From contig JAQBUT010000013.1 of NCBI GenBank assembly GCA_027623195.1, positions 13,300 to 77,299 on the forward strand: a stretch of 64,000 nucleotides of DNA. Direction: 5' to 3'. The position numbers and the translations under genes are program-made. This stretch comes from Chloroflexota bacterium (GTDB lineage Bacteria > Chloroflexota > Dehalococcoidia > Lucifugimonadales > JADFKI01). Numbering within the stretch: position 1 is the stretch's first letter; each line of letters begins with the position of its first letter. Positions 1 to 9,410 of this stretch are shown in pieces. Below the pieces are notes generated by a model. The model made no database searches and had not been told where the DNA came from. It saw only the letters and a list, made by a program, of their open reading frames with translations.

Positions 1-23
1 GGGTTGCGCGTGGCCCATCCTCA

Positions 24-671
24 CTACCGAAGCAGCGATAGGAACTGCTTTGCCGCTAGTATCATGGCCTCGTCATCTGTCAGGCTCAGTACCTGTTCCA
101 GGTCGGGCACAGCCTTCGTGGGGTCTTCAGACTGTAAGTACACCCGAGCCCTGAGCAGGTACAGTTCAGGGGTTTTAGGCGTCAACGAGATTGCAGTCGT
201 AAGGTCGTTGGCGGACAGGCCAAGCTCGCCCGTTGTCAGGTATACACCAGCCCTATTCACGTACGGCTCGCGCAGGTTGGGATCCAGCTGAATGGCCCTC
301 GTAAAATCTATCAGAGCGTTGTCTATATCCTTCCGCTCGACGAAAACCAGCCCCCGGTAGTTATAGACGATGGCCAACTGCGGGTCCAGCTTTATGGCCC
401 TGCCCAGGTCTTCCAAGGCGAATCCCTCGTCTCCAAGCAGGTGGTATAGGAAGCCTCGTTCGGCGTAGGCCTCCGCCAAATTGGGGTCCAGCCGTATGGC
501 CTCGGTAAGCTCGTCGTAGGCCCGCTTCATCAGGCCTTGACGACGCAAATCTACCCCGTGGTCCAGGGCGTCCAAGGCATCCAACTCGTCGGTGGTGACG
601 GGCGTTCCGCCGCATGCCATGGCCAGCGCAAGGGCAACGGCGACCAGCGTAACGAAGAGAGCGTTGCTCAT
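24..671 (-). CDS. TPR-repeat lipoprotein
   Basis: 215-aa ORF. The N-terminal hydrophobic signal ends in a lipobox-like LAMAC. The body consists of repeated ~34-aa TPR-like units (A..Y..RG..Y..LGD...AL.D...AI.LDP). Confidence 0.7.
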   Translation of the reverse strand: MSNALFVTLVAVALALAMACGGTPVTTDELDALDALDHGVDLRRQGLMKRAYDELTEAIRLDPNLAEAYAERGFLYHLLGDEGFALEDLGRAIKLDPQLAIVYNYRGLVFVERKDIDNALIDFTRAIQLDPNLREPYVNRAGVYLTTGELGLSANDLTTAISLTPKTPELYLLRARVYLQSEDPTKAVPDLEQVLSLTDDEAMILAAKQFLSLLR

Positions 672-725
672 GGCATCATGTTAACAGAGGCCTGGGCGTG
701 CAAGCGCTCTTTTTTATGCCAGGGA

Positions 726-2282
726 TTAACCCTTACCCTCACGAATCCAGTCCGCGACTCGCTCGGCGATCATAATGGTGGTGGCGTTGGTGTTTGCACG
801 AATCACGTCAGGCATTATGGACGCATCGACTACTCGCAAGCCCTCCATGCCGTGGACCCTGCCATACTGGTCCACAACGGCCATGGGGTCTGAAGCCGGC
901 CCCATCTTGCATGTGCCGGAGGAGTGGTGCTGGGTGCCGACGTTCTCCATGATCCACTTGTCCAGGTCGGCGTCCGACTCCAGGATGTCCGTGGAAGGGG
1001 CTATGCGCTCGACAATCACGTCCTGGTATTCGGGACGCTCGGCGACATCTGCAGCCAGACGCAGCGCGCCTCGCATTCGTTCTCGATCCCAGGCATCGCT
1101 CAGGTAGTTGTAATTCAGCACGGGCTGGTCCCGGGGATCGCTGGACGCAAGACGCAGGGTTCCCGCCGTGACGGCCTTCTGTATTGCCACGCTGATGCCG
1201 GTGAACGTTCCCTCTTCGTCTCCGGCGAATCCAGGAGGACGATGCTCGCTGGTCATAAGCAGTGGGGACATCTGCATGTCGTTGCGGAACTTCGAGTTCG
1301 GCGTGGTGTACCGCATGCCTACCTGAATCGACGGCGTGAACGTATCCATGTCTTCCATAGTTGTCCTGAAAGGCATGAAGACCGCCGGGTGGTCCCTCAA
1401 GTTCTCTCCTATCCCGGGTAGCTCGTGTACAACGTCGATTCCTACGGATGCGAGGTGCTCTGCCGGGCCAACTCCGGACAGCATTAGCGTCTGGGGTGAG
1501 TTGATGGCTCCTGCGCTGAGTATGATCTCGCCCGCCTCAATGCGGAACGCCTCGCCTCCGCTCTCGGCCTCGATACCTACCGCCTTCTTGCCTTCGAAAA
1601 GTATTCGTCTGACCATCACGTCGCCTCGAATGGTCAGGTTCAGGCGGTGGCGCGCGGTGGTAAGGTAGGTCAACGCCGTGCTCATGCGTATGCCATCTAT
1701 GTTGTTCAATGGCCGAGGGCTCAGGCCAGTGGCATCCGGATGGTTGGCGTCCATGGCCTCAGGGAAGCCCATGCCGATACATGCATTCCAAAAGGCCTGG
1801 GCCGAAGGGATCATGTCCTCTTTTTCGTAGCGACGCACCGGTATGGGACCGTCCCCGCCGTGGAAGTCGTCTGAGCCGAAGGTCAGGTCTGTCTCGCACT
1901 TTCGGAAATAAGGCAGGCAGTCCACGAAAGACCACTCGGTGTTTCCCAACTCTGCCCATTCGTCGTAGTCTTCCGGAATGCCTCTGAAGAAGACCTGTCC
2001 GTTTATCGAGCTTGAACCGCCAATCACCTTACCCCTGGGAATGATGATGGGCTCTCGTCCTTCCGTGGCCTGGGCTTCGTAATTCCAGGAGTGGGCATCG
2101 GGGCCGTACGCCGAAAACCAGGGGTTGTTGCCCTGCTTAACGTCCTCCGGCATATGATCGATGTCGGGGTAGTCCGGACCTGCCTCCAGCAGCAGAACGG
2201 AGCGCTCAGGGTCCTCGGTCAGGCGTGTTGCCAGCACAGACCCTGCGGAGCCGGCGCCAATGATGATGTAGTCGTACCGCAC
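726..2282 (-). CDS. GMC-family FAD oxidoreductase (choline dehydrogenase-like)
   Basis: 518 aa. The N-terminal YDYIIIGAGSAGSVLATRLTED is a Rossmann FAD motif, and the C-terminal HHSSGTCKMG...VVD.SIMP is a GMC signature-like segment. Confidence 0.9.
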   Translation of the reverse strand: MRYDYIIIGAGSAGSVLATRLTEDPERSVLLLEAGPDYPDIDHMPEDVKQGNNPWFSAYGPDAHSWNYEAQATEGREPIIIPRGKVIGGSSSINGQVFFRGIPEDYDEWAELGNTEWSFVDCLPYFRKCETDLTFGSDDFHGGDGPIPVRRYEKEDMIPSAQAFWNACIGMGFPEAMDANHPDATGLSPRPLNNIDGIRMSTALTYLTTARHRLNLTIRGDVMVRRILFEGKKAVGIEAESGGEAFRIEAGEIILSAGAINSPQTLMLSGVGPAEHLASVGIDVVHELPGIGENLRDHPAVFMPFRTTMEDMDTFTPSIQVGMRYTTPNSKFRNDMQMSPLLMTSEHRPPGFAGDEEGTFTGISVAIQKAVTAGTLRLASSDPRDQPVLNYNYLSDAWDRERMRGALRLAADVAERPEYQDVIVERIAPSTDILESDADLDKWIMENVGTQHHSSGTCKMGPASDPMAVVDQYGRVHGMEGLRVVDASIMPDVIRANTNATTIMIAERVADWIREGKG

Positions 2283-2417
2283 AATGCACCTCTTAAACGG
2301 GTTGGATTTGGCTGATTGTAAACGAATTGTCGATAGGCCACGGATGTCAGGTGTCGTTTGGAGGCTCGGCGTCCGTAAGGGTTGGTTTCACGCCATGGGC
2401 TGAGCCTCTTGCTTAGG

Positions 2418-2906
2418 CTAAATGAGCCCCCGCCAGTCGCTTAGGATCTGCTGGTCGTGAGGGAAGGGAAGGTCGTTTAATTCGTTAAGGGGGAACCATG
2501 CGGCTTCCTGGGCATCGTGACCGGCCTGCATGTTGCCCCCAGTGATGTGCGCCGAATACACCGCTAGGATCACAGGATTACCCTCCAACGAATACAGACC
2601 AATAAACCTGTCCAGGTCTATATCCAGCCCGGTCTCTTCTTTGACTTCGCGGACTGCGGCACGTTCGACTACTTCTCCTCTGTCCACGTAACCCGACGGG
2701 AATGCCCAACGCCCCATCTGTGGCTCTACACCGCGTTTGACCATGACAAGCCTTTCCCCGTCGGAGACCAGCACAGCCGCCACCACTTTGGGATCAAGGT
2801 AAACGACAAATTCGCAGGAAGGGCAGTATTGCCTGATCCTGCCTTCAATATGCTTTTCTGCCAACTCGGTGGGGCATCGCTGACAGTAGCCGATATTGCC
2901 TCGCAA
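2418..2906 (-). CDS. Nudix hydrolase with N-terminal zinc ribbon
   Basis: 162 aa. CQRC...CPSC Cys pairs are followed by the Nudix box GYVDRGEVVERAAVREVKEETGL. Confidence 0.85.
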   Translation of the reverse strand: MRGNIGYCQRCPTELAEKHIEGRIRQYCPSCEFVVYLDPKVVAAVLVSDGERLVMVKRGVEPQMGRWAFPSGYVDRGEVVERAAVREVKEETGLDIDLDRFIGLYSLEGNPVILAVYSAHITGGNMQAGHDAQEAAWFPLNELNDLPFPHDQQILSDWRGLI

Positions 2907-3121
2907 GTACGTCTCCTAAATCATCAAGCTCAGGCCACAATGCTATCCGCAGGCGCGGGAGTTGTCCATAAGGGGCATGTGGACGTTCCAAATAAACTGA
3001 CAGTCATAAACATTATGGACGAGGAGGAGAAGCCCTGGTTGTACGCTGGCTCCTTCATTGACTGATGCCCGTGTCGGTAACTATAATGGCGGCGCTTATC
3101 AACAGGAGGCAAACCACACAT

Positions 3122-3871
3122 ATGCGAGAAAATACAGCCAAACACAAGCTTGAGCGTGGCGAGACGGTAGTAGCCATATCAGGTCACAACTCATCTGATG
3201 TTGTCGACTTCCTGGGGCCTCTGGGATTCGATGCCATCTGGGTAGAGGGCGAGCACGGCCCCGTGGACTTCGCCGACATTCCCGATATCACCAGGGCCTG
3301 CGACCTTTGGGGCATGACTTCCGTTGTCCGGGTCAATCAGAATAACCCCGGCGTGATATACAGGACGTTCGATGTGGGCGCTCAGGGTGTGGTTATTCCT
3401 CACGTGAATACGGTAGAAGAGGCTAGGGCAGTGGTAGATGCTGCCAAGTTTCATCCCATAGGCCAACGGGGAATGTTCGGCAACAGGCAGGGATACGGCG
3501 ACCCCGATTACTTCCACAAGGCCAACGATGAGACTCTGGTGGTGATCCTCATCGAGGACATCGTCGCGGTCAATAACCTGGCGGAAATCCTAACTGTCGA
3601 TAACATTGACGTATTCTTCGTCGCCCCCAGCGACCTTGCCCAAAGCATGGGCCACCTGGGAGGCGCTACCGAACCAGTCGTTCTTGAGACGATAGATAAG
3701 GCATTGGATCAGATTGTAGGGGCGGGCAGAACCGCCGGAGCGCTGGTGAACGACGCCAACGTTGAGCACTACATAAGCAAAGGCGTGCGCTTCATGATGA
3801 CCGGGTGGCCTGCATGGGTTAATTCCGGTGCGCAGACGTTCCAAGCCAAGGTGAAAGCGGCCACCGGGTAA
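3122..3871 (+). CDS. HpcH/HpaI-family aldolase
   Basis: The ORF track starts at 3065, but ATG 3122 lies 12 nt behind AGGAGG (3104-3109). The segments FDAIWVEGEHGP, VVRV and GAQGVVIPHVNTVEEA...PIGQRG match the HpcH/HpaI aldolase pattern. Confidence 0.85.
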   Translation: MRENTAKHKLERGETVVAISGHNSSDVVDFLGPLGFDAIWVEGEHGPVDFADIPDITRACDLWGMTSVVRVNQNNPGVIYRTFDVGAQGVVIPHVNTVEEARAVVDAAKFHPIGQRGMFGNRQGYGDPDYFHKANDETLVVILIEDIVAVNNLAEILTVDNIDVFFVAPSDLAQSMGHLGGATEPVVLETIDKALDQIVGAGRTAGALVNDANVEHYISKGVRFMMTGWPAWVNSGAQTFQAKVKAATG

Positions 3872-3892
3872 TCCTCTCGACAGGCTGAAGAC

Positions 3893-5140
3893 GTGTCCAA
3901 CCTGGCCTCTATTCTGGAAAGCAGGCTCTCGTCCCAACGCCTTCGCTGGTTGCGGGCGTTGGCCGAGGCCAGTCGGAATAGGGCAACGGGCATATACATC
4001 GTCGGAGGCGTGGTTAGGGACCTTCTGCTGGATCGTCCTATTGTCGACATGGACATTTCGGTTTCAGGTCTGGACGAACAACTGGCCTCGGACATGGCGG
4101 ACGCCCTGGATGGTCGTGTTACGTCCCATTCCCAGTTCAACACCTTCAAGATAGAAATTGATTCCACTGTCATAGATGTCGCCATGACCAGGCAGGAGTC
4201 GTACGCCAATCCCGGGGCGCTGCCAGAAGTTCTGCCTGGCTCCTTGGAGCAGGACCTCGCCCGCAGAGATTTCTCAGTCAATGCCATGGCCGTAGACATC
4301 TCGTCAGACGCCTGGGGGGAGTTGCTCGACCCCTTCAACGGGCAAGGGGACCTGAATCGAAGCTTCATTAGAGTCCTCCACCCGAAGAGCTTTTCCGATG
4401 ACGCCACCCGTATATTCCGAGCCGTGCGGTACTCCCAAAGGCTGGGTTTCGCGCTGCAGGACGAGACTGCGATGTTACTGCAAAACAGCCTTGGCCGACT
4501 TGATGCCATCTCCGGCGACCGCATGCGACACGAATTCCAGAAGGTATTCGCAGAGGCCTGCGCGGGCCCAATTCTTTCGAGGCTAGACGAGCTTGGCGTA
4601 TTGGGTGTAGTTTTCGGCCCACTGGGACGACATTCTTCTTTACCCTGGCCGGACTGGCAGGCATCGGAAGGATTTTCAGAAAATCCACCAAACCCGGAAG
4701 AACTGGTCTGGCTGTCCACCTTGGCTTGCGGGCTAACCCCTGGTGAGGCCGGCCTGTTTGCCCGGAGGCTTAACATGGATTCCAATTGGTCGACGGTGGT
4801 ACGGGATACAGTAGCAGTCGAGGGCCTTCTCGACGAATTGTGTTCACATGGCATCCTCAGAAGTCGCATTTACCAGATGCTTAATCAACTCCATCCTGCG
4901 GCCCTCCGGGGAGTTGCCGCCACGCATGACGGCAGCGCGGCTTCCGGTAATATTCACCTGTATCTTCAAGAGCTTCAGGGGATGCGCACAGAGTTGACAG
5001 GGCGAGACCTGATGGCTTTAGGAATCGATGAAGGTCCAGAAATCGGACGACTTCTGAATGCGCTGTTAGAGGCCCGCTTGGACGGCAGTATCGCCGACCG
5101 GCTAAGCGAAGAAGCCCTACTTAGACGGATGATTTCCTAA
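3893..5140 (+). CDS. cca: tRNA nucleotidyltransferase / poly(A) polymerase family (CCA-adding enzyme-like)
   Basis: 415 aa. GIYIVGGVVRDLLLDRPIVDMDISV is the class-II nucleotidyltransferase head motif, and RRDFSVNAMA follows it. Confidence 0.8.
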   Translation: MSNLASILESRLSSQRLRWLRALAEASRNRATGIYIVGGVVRDLLLDRPIVDMDISVSGLDEQLASDMADALDGRVTSHSQFNTFKIEIDSTVIDVAMTRQESYANPGALPEVLPGSLEQDLARRDFSVNAMAVDISSDAWGELLDPFNGQGDLNRSFIRVLHPKSFSDDATRIFRAVRYSQRLGFALQDETAMLLQNSLGRLDAISGDRMRHEFQKVFAEACAGPILSRLDELGVLGVVFGPLGRHSSLPWPDWQASEGFSENPPNPEELVWLSTLACGLTPGEAGLFARRLNMDSNWSTVVRDTVAVEGLLDELCSHGILRSRIYQMLNQLHPAALRGVAATHDGSAASGNIHLYLQELQGMRTELTGRDLMALGIDEGPEIGRLLNALLEARLDGSIADRLSEEALLRRMIS

Positions 5141-5312
5141 GCCAACTGGTATCGCAGTAGGTATCTACACCCACGTTCCCCGTAATGCTTTACGTCTCAA
5201 GATATTGTACCATATACCGTGTTTGCGGCTTACGATATTCGGCACAATATATAGGTATGAGCCATCGCCAGAGGTATCTTACACCGACGGCGCGAAGGGT
5301 TCAGGAGGGAAA

Positions 5313-6236
5313 ATGACAAGCGGTCAACAGGGATTCTCATCTAGCACAGCTGGTCTGGCTCTTGAAAAGCCGGCCAAAATACTGGTTGTCGATGATGAAG
5401 ACATCATTAGGGTTCTCCTTGACGAGATTTTGTCGGAGGAAGGCTATAAGGTCTACCAGGCCGAGGACGGCAGGGAGGCTGTTGCTCTTTTAGAAAAGGA
5501 TAGCTTCGATCTTATAATCAGCGACATGGTGATGCCTGAGGTCAGTGGTATAGAGGTTCTGCAGGCAGCATTCCGCATAGACCCTCATTATTCAGTCATC
5601 ATGATTACGGGGTACCCCTCTGTGGACACCGCCGTAAAATTAGTTAGCATGGGTGCCGCCGACTATATCACCAAGCCATTCAACGTCGACCTCATCAAGG
5701 TTACTGTTGCCAAAGTGCTCGCGATGAGGAAATTGGGCAACACATCGGGGGAGAACGACTCCGGCGACACCTTCGGACTGATCGACCCTGTTACAGGGGC
5801 GTACAATCTGCAGATGTTCTCCGGGCTACTAGATAACGAGGTCTCCAGGTCCCAATATAGGACGCATGAGATGTCACTTCTCTTGATGGAAATCGACAAG
5901 TTCGAGACCTACGTCGGCAAGGGCGGCGCGGCCGCCGGTGATCAGCTGACGCGAACGCTATGCAAGGTAATCAACGAACGGCGTCGGCCTGGCGATGTCC
6001 TGGGCCGCTCCGGATCATCCGAATTCGCCCTTCTGCTGCCAGAGACCGGCAGGGAAGAAGCCGAGGCACTAGGCCATCTGATTCGCAAGGGCGTCGAGTG
6101 GAACTTCACTATAAGCGCCGGCATCGCCAACTTCCCCAGGGACGCTCGCGAGCCGGAGCCAGTCTTCACCACCGCCAAGTCGGCCATGGAGGCCGCGAAG
6201 CAGCGCGGTGGCGATACAATTCTAATGCCTAAGTAG
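5313..6236 (+). CDS. Response regulator: REC domain plus degenerate GGDEF domain
   Basis: ATG 5313 follows AGGAGG. The REC domain has KILVVDDED, the phospho-acceptor context IISDMVMP, and ITKPF. The C-terminal GGDEF fold begins DPVTGAYN and carries RSGSSEF in place of RxGGDEF, preceded by RPGD (RxxD). Confidence 0.85.
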   Translation: MTSGQQGFSSSTAGLALEKPAKILVVDDEDIIRVLLDEILSEEGYKVYQAEDGREAVALLEKDSFDLIISDMVMPEVSGIEVLQAAFRIDPHYSVIMITGYPSVDTAVKLVSMGAADYITKPFNVDLIKVTVAKVLAMRKLGNTSGENDSGDTFGLIDPVTGAYNLQMFSGLLDNEVSRSQYRTHEMSLLLMEIDKFETYVGKGGAAAGDQLTRTLCKVINERRRPGDVLGRSGSSEFALLLPETGREEAEALGHLIRKGVEWNFTISAGIANFPRDAREPEPVFTTAKSAMEAAKQRGGDTILMPK

Positions 6237-6320
6237 GTTTCCTTTCCCCCTGCCTCCGCAGAAAAAGTTAGGCCGGAGTCTCGACTAAGGTCGGACATTC
6301 GGCCCCTTGTTCTGATGACT

Positions 6321-7739
6321 TTACCCCAACGAAACACCACCGAGACCTGGCTCCGTCATTGTCGTCGGGTCCAGAATTTCGTCAAGCTGCTCTGCCGACA
6401 GGTTGGTTTTGACCAACGCCACCTCTTTCACGGTCTGCCCTGTCATCTGAGCCTCGTGTGCGAGGGCGGCCGAGGCGTCGTAGCCAATGTGCGGCACCAA
6501 AGTGGTCACTATGGCTAGTCCACGGTCCACCATGTCCGGCCCCTTCTGTGTGGCCTTCAGTCCTCGAACGCACTGCTCATCCAGGTTCCTGGCCGCCGCC
6601 GCTAGAAGGTCTATTGACTGCAACAGGTTGTAGGCGCAGACGGGCATCATCACGTTTATCTCGAAGTTACCCGATTGCCCCCCCACAGTAATGGCAGCGT
6701 CGTTCCCTATGACGTGGGCTGCCACCTGGCATACGGACTCCGGAATTACCGGGTTCACCTTGCCGGGCATTATGGAACTGCCGGGCTGTACCTCCGGAAG
6801 CTCGATCTCACCGATGCCAGCTCTCGGTCCCGACCCTAGCCAGCGGATGTCGTTGCATATCTTCATGAGGCTTACGGCCACTGTCTTGAGCGCTCCACTG
6901 GCCTCAACCACATTGTCCAATGTGTTCTGAGCCTGGAAGTGGTTTGTCGTTTCATGTACCTCCACGCCCAGCATATCGGTTAGCCTGGCGCAGACCTTCT
7001 TCGCGAAGTCCGGGTGGGTATTCACTCCCGTGCCAACTGCGGTGCCGCCCAGAGCGACCTCCGAAAGCTCCTCCTGGGCGTGGCGCACCCGCCTGATAGC
7101 CCGCTCCATCTGGCCTGCATGTCCCAGGAACTCCTGGCCAAGCCATATGGGCGTGGCGTCTTGCAGGTGAGTCCTGCCGGTCTTGATTACGGTCATGAAC
7201 TCTTTGGACTTAATCTCCAGCCCCTGTTGTAGCTGCTTAAGCGCGGGCACAAGATCGTCGTTGATGGCCCTGAGGGCGGATACGTGAATGGCGGTGGGAA
7301 TAACGTCATTGGACGACTGACCGATGTTCACATGATCGTTAGGATGCACGGGCGTGCGAGAGCCAAGCACCCCGCCCATGATCTCGATGGCCCTGTTTGA
7401 TATGACCTCGTTGACGTTCATGTTGGTGGATGTGCCGGACCCGGTCTGGAATATATCCACGACGAACTGGTCGTCCAGCTTTCCGTCGACAACCTCCTGG
7501 GCAGCCTGAGTTATGGCATTCTTCAGGTCCTCGGGCAGCAGGCCAAGTTCGGCATTCGTCTGGGCAGCGGCCATCTTGATCTGCCCCAGCGCCCGGATGA
7601 ACGAGCGGGGAAACCGAAGGTTGCTAATGGGGAAGTTGAGCACTGCCCGCATGGTGTTAGCGCCGTAGTATACGTCGGCCGGGACCTGGAACTCTCCCAT
7701 GGAGTCGCGCTCGGTACGGAATTTGCCCTGCTCAGTCAA
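6321..7739 (-). CDS. fumC: Class II fumarate hydratase (fumarase/aspartase superfamily)
   Basis: 472 aa. It has the GSSIMPGKVNP lyase signature. QTGSGTSTNMN, GRTHLQDATP, GGTAVGTGVNTHP and GNFEINV resemble FumC more than AspA. The VNPVIPE segment is aspartase-like, so the substrate call is not absolute. Confidence 0.8.
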   Translation of the reverse strand: MTEQGKFRTERDSMGEFQVPADVYYGANTMRAVLNFPISNLRFPRSFIRALGQIKMAAAQTNAELGLLPEDLKNAITQAAQEVVDGKLDDQFVVDIFQTGSGTSTNMNVNEVISNRAIEIMGGVLGSRTPVHPNDHVNIGQSSNDVIPTAIHVSALRAINDDLVPALKQLQQGLEIKSKEFMTVIKTGRTHLQDATPIWLGQEFLGHAGQMERAIRRVRHAQEELSEVALGGTAVGTGVNTHPDFAKKVCARLTDMLGVEVHETTNHFQAQNTLDNVVEASGALKTVAVSLMKICNDIRWLGSGPRAGIGEIELPEVQPGSSIMPGKVNPVIPESVCQVAAHVIGNDAAITVGGQSGNFEINVMMPVCAYNLLQSIDLLAAAARNLDEQCVRGLKATQKGPDMVDRGLAIVTTLVPHIGYDASAALAHEAQMTGQTVKEVALVKTNLSAEQLDEILDPTTMTEPGLGGVSLG

Positions 7740-7877
7740 TTTATTGTCCTTTCAATTTAGTCTGCTTATCCAGCACGCTGAATCGCAAAACAATTGGTCG
7801 GTCCGCTAAACGATTATGTCCTTGGATTGATATGCAGTTTCTTAAAGGAAGATTGTTTGGCCCATTGATGGAAAAAA

Positions 7878-8516
7878 TTAAACGGTGGTTGCCATGAACT
7901 GCACGGTTCGGTCAGCAATCTCCTGTTCGTGGCCTCTCAGGCTATGATCGGTTTCGGGTATCTCTCTAAACTGAACCGGCTCTCGGACCTCATCTAGTTC
8001 TCGCTGCAACTCCGCCGAGTCCACGATGCGGTCGTTTTGCCCCACTATGAAAAGCTTCGGCCTCTTGTCACCGCGTATGGGGGATGCTTGGACAGCCGAG
8101 ATGGGCGGTGCGATTAAGATCAGGCTTGCAGCGTGCTTGTAGTTCCGCAGTCCCCGCAGTATGACGCCAGCGCCAAAGGAGTAGCCGACCAAGGCAATGC
8201 GCTTCTTATCGATTCCAGGCCAGTTGCGGGCCAGGTTCAGCGCAGCCTTGACGTCTTCCTGCTCCGTCTCCCCGTTGGTGAACTGCCCTTCGCTGCCCTC
8301 GACGCCCCGGAAGTTGAAGCGCAGCGTGGCAATGCCCAATCGGTCCGCGTTGGTGCATATCGCCGTTACGATTGGACTATCCATGTTACCCCGCAGAGTC
8401 GGGTGGGGATGGCAGACCACCAGCATCGGGTAGGGCTGAGCGAAGTCCTCCGGCGTCGACAGTATCCCCTCAAGGGCTGCCTTTTTGCTTTCAAATCCTA
8501 CGGCTGTCTGTCTCAT
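7878..8516 (-). CDS. Alpha/beta hydrolase (COG2945-like)
   Basis: 212 aa with CHPHP...GNMDSPIV, RFNFRGVEGSEG and the nucleophile elbow GYSFGAGV. Confidence 0.8.
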   Translation of the reverse strand: MRQTAVGFESKKAALEGILSTPEDFAQPYPMLVVCHPHPTLRGNMDSPIVTAICTNADRLGIATLRFNFRGVEGSEGQFTNGETEQEDVKAALNLARNWPGIDKKRIALVGYSFGAGVILRGLRNYKHAASLILIAPPISAVQASPIRGDKRPKLFIVGQNDRIVDSAELQRELDEVREPVQFREIPETDHSLRGHEQEIADRTVQFMATTV

Positions 8517-8523
8517 GCCGCCC

Positions 8524-9240
8524 CTACTGCACTTTGCCTTGATATTGCTGGCACAGCCACTCCTGAAAGAAATTGCCGGTCAATTCGCCAATGACGTCCA
8601 GGGAATTTGCAAAAAAATGGTCGGCGCCCTGGATCAGCTCTATCTGCTTTGGGTCCGAGAATCGCTTTGCAAGAAAGCCGAACTGAGCCGCCGGAAAATC
8701 ATGGTCGAACTCGCCGCAGATCAGGAGCTTCGGGTGAAGCATCTCATGGGCGCCCATCTCGTTGAAGACTCGGGAAGGGCAGGCTATGGACGCGATTGCC
8801 TGCGTCACTTCACCGTATGTCGACGCAATTAAGGCCACCGCTGCACCGAAGGAGTACCCAGCCAGCCCTATCCGGCTGGGGTCCACCTCGTCCTGTAAGG
8901 ATAGGAAGCTGAGCGCCTCCACAGCGTCGCTGATTTCACCGGAACCTTCGTCGAAGGAGCCCTCGCTCAGTCCAACGCCACGAAAATTGAAGCGCAGGGC
9001 CGCGATACCCGCCTCGCCAAGGTAGCGCACCAAGGCTGACACCACCGCGTTATCCATGTCGCCACCGTGCCTCGGATGTGGATGGCAGATCACCACTGCG
9101 GGGAGGCTGTCGCCGTCGTTCGGGAGGTGCAGCACTCCCTCCAGGGTTATGTCGCCGTTGGTGAAGCTGATATTTCTCTGTGATTTTGTCATTATTCGAA
9201 AGTTTGGCAAGCCTCTTTTACTGGGCCGCAAGCCAGTCAA
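8524..9240 (-). CDS. Alpha/beta hydrolase (COG2945-like), tandem paralog
   Basis: 238 aa with CHPHPRHGGDMDNAVV, RFNFRGVGLSEG and GYSFGAAVA. An alternative start at ATG 9192 (MTKSQ...) is possible. Confidence 0.8.
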   Translation of the reverse strand: MTGLRPSKRGLPNFRIMTKSQRNISFTNGDITLEGVLHLPNDGDSLPAVVICHPHPRHGGDMDNAVVSALVRYLGEAGIAALRFNFRGVGLSEGSFDEGSGEISDAVEALSFLSLQDEVDPSRIGLAGYSFGAAVALIASTYGEVTQAIASIACPSRVFNEMGAHEMLHPKLLICGEFDHDFPAAQFGFLAKRFSDPKQIELIQGADHFFANSLDVIGELTGNFFQEWLCQQYQGKVQ

Positions 9241-9410
9241 TCTTACGGTGAAGGGTTGGCTTTTGACAAGCAGGATTGTTAGAATTGGCGCAGTTACAGG
9301 CGCGGCGCAAACAACTAAAGCTCCTGACAGGTTCGCCTGGAAACGGCCCTATTGCCCCTGTGCGATAATTACTCTATCGAAAGATATTCCATCAACATTT
9401 GGAGGAAGAC

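Noticed and set aside
3769-4869. 366-aa minus-strand ORF
   Set aside because: It lies entirely antisense to the CCA-nucleotidyltransferase gene. It has a Ser/Arg/Pro-rich low-complexity composition and no motif. This is a typical GC-rich antisense artefact.
6321-7739. Calling this gene aspartate ammonia-lyase (aspA)
   Set aside because: The VNPVIPE segment is aspartase-like, but QTGSGT, GRTHLQDATP and GNFEINV match fumarase C. I kept fumC, with the superfamily caveat.
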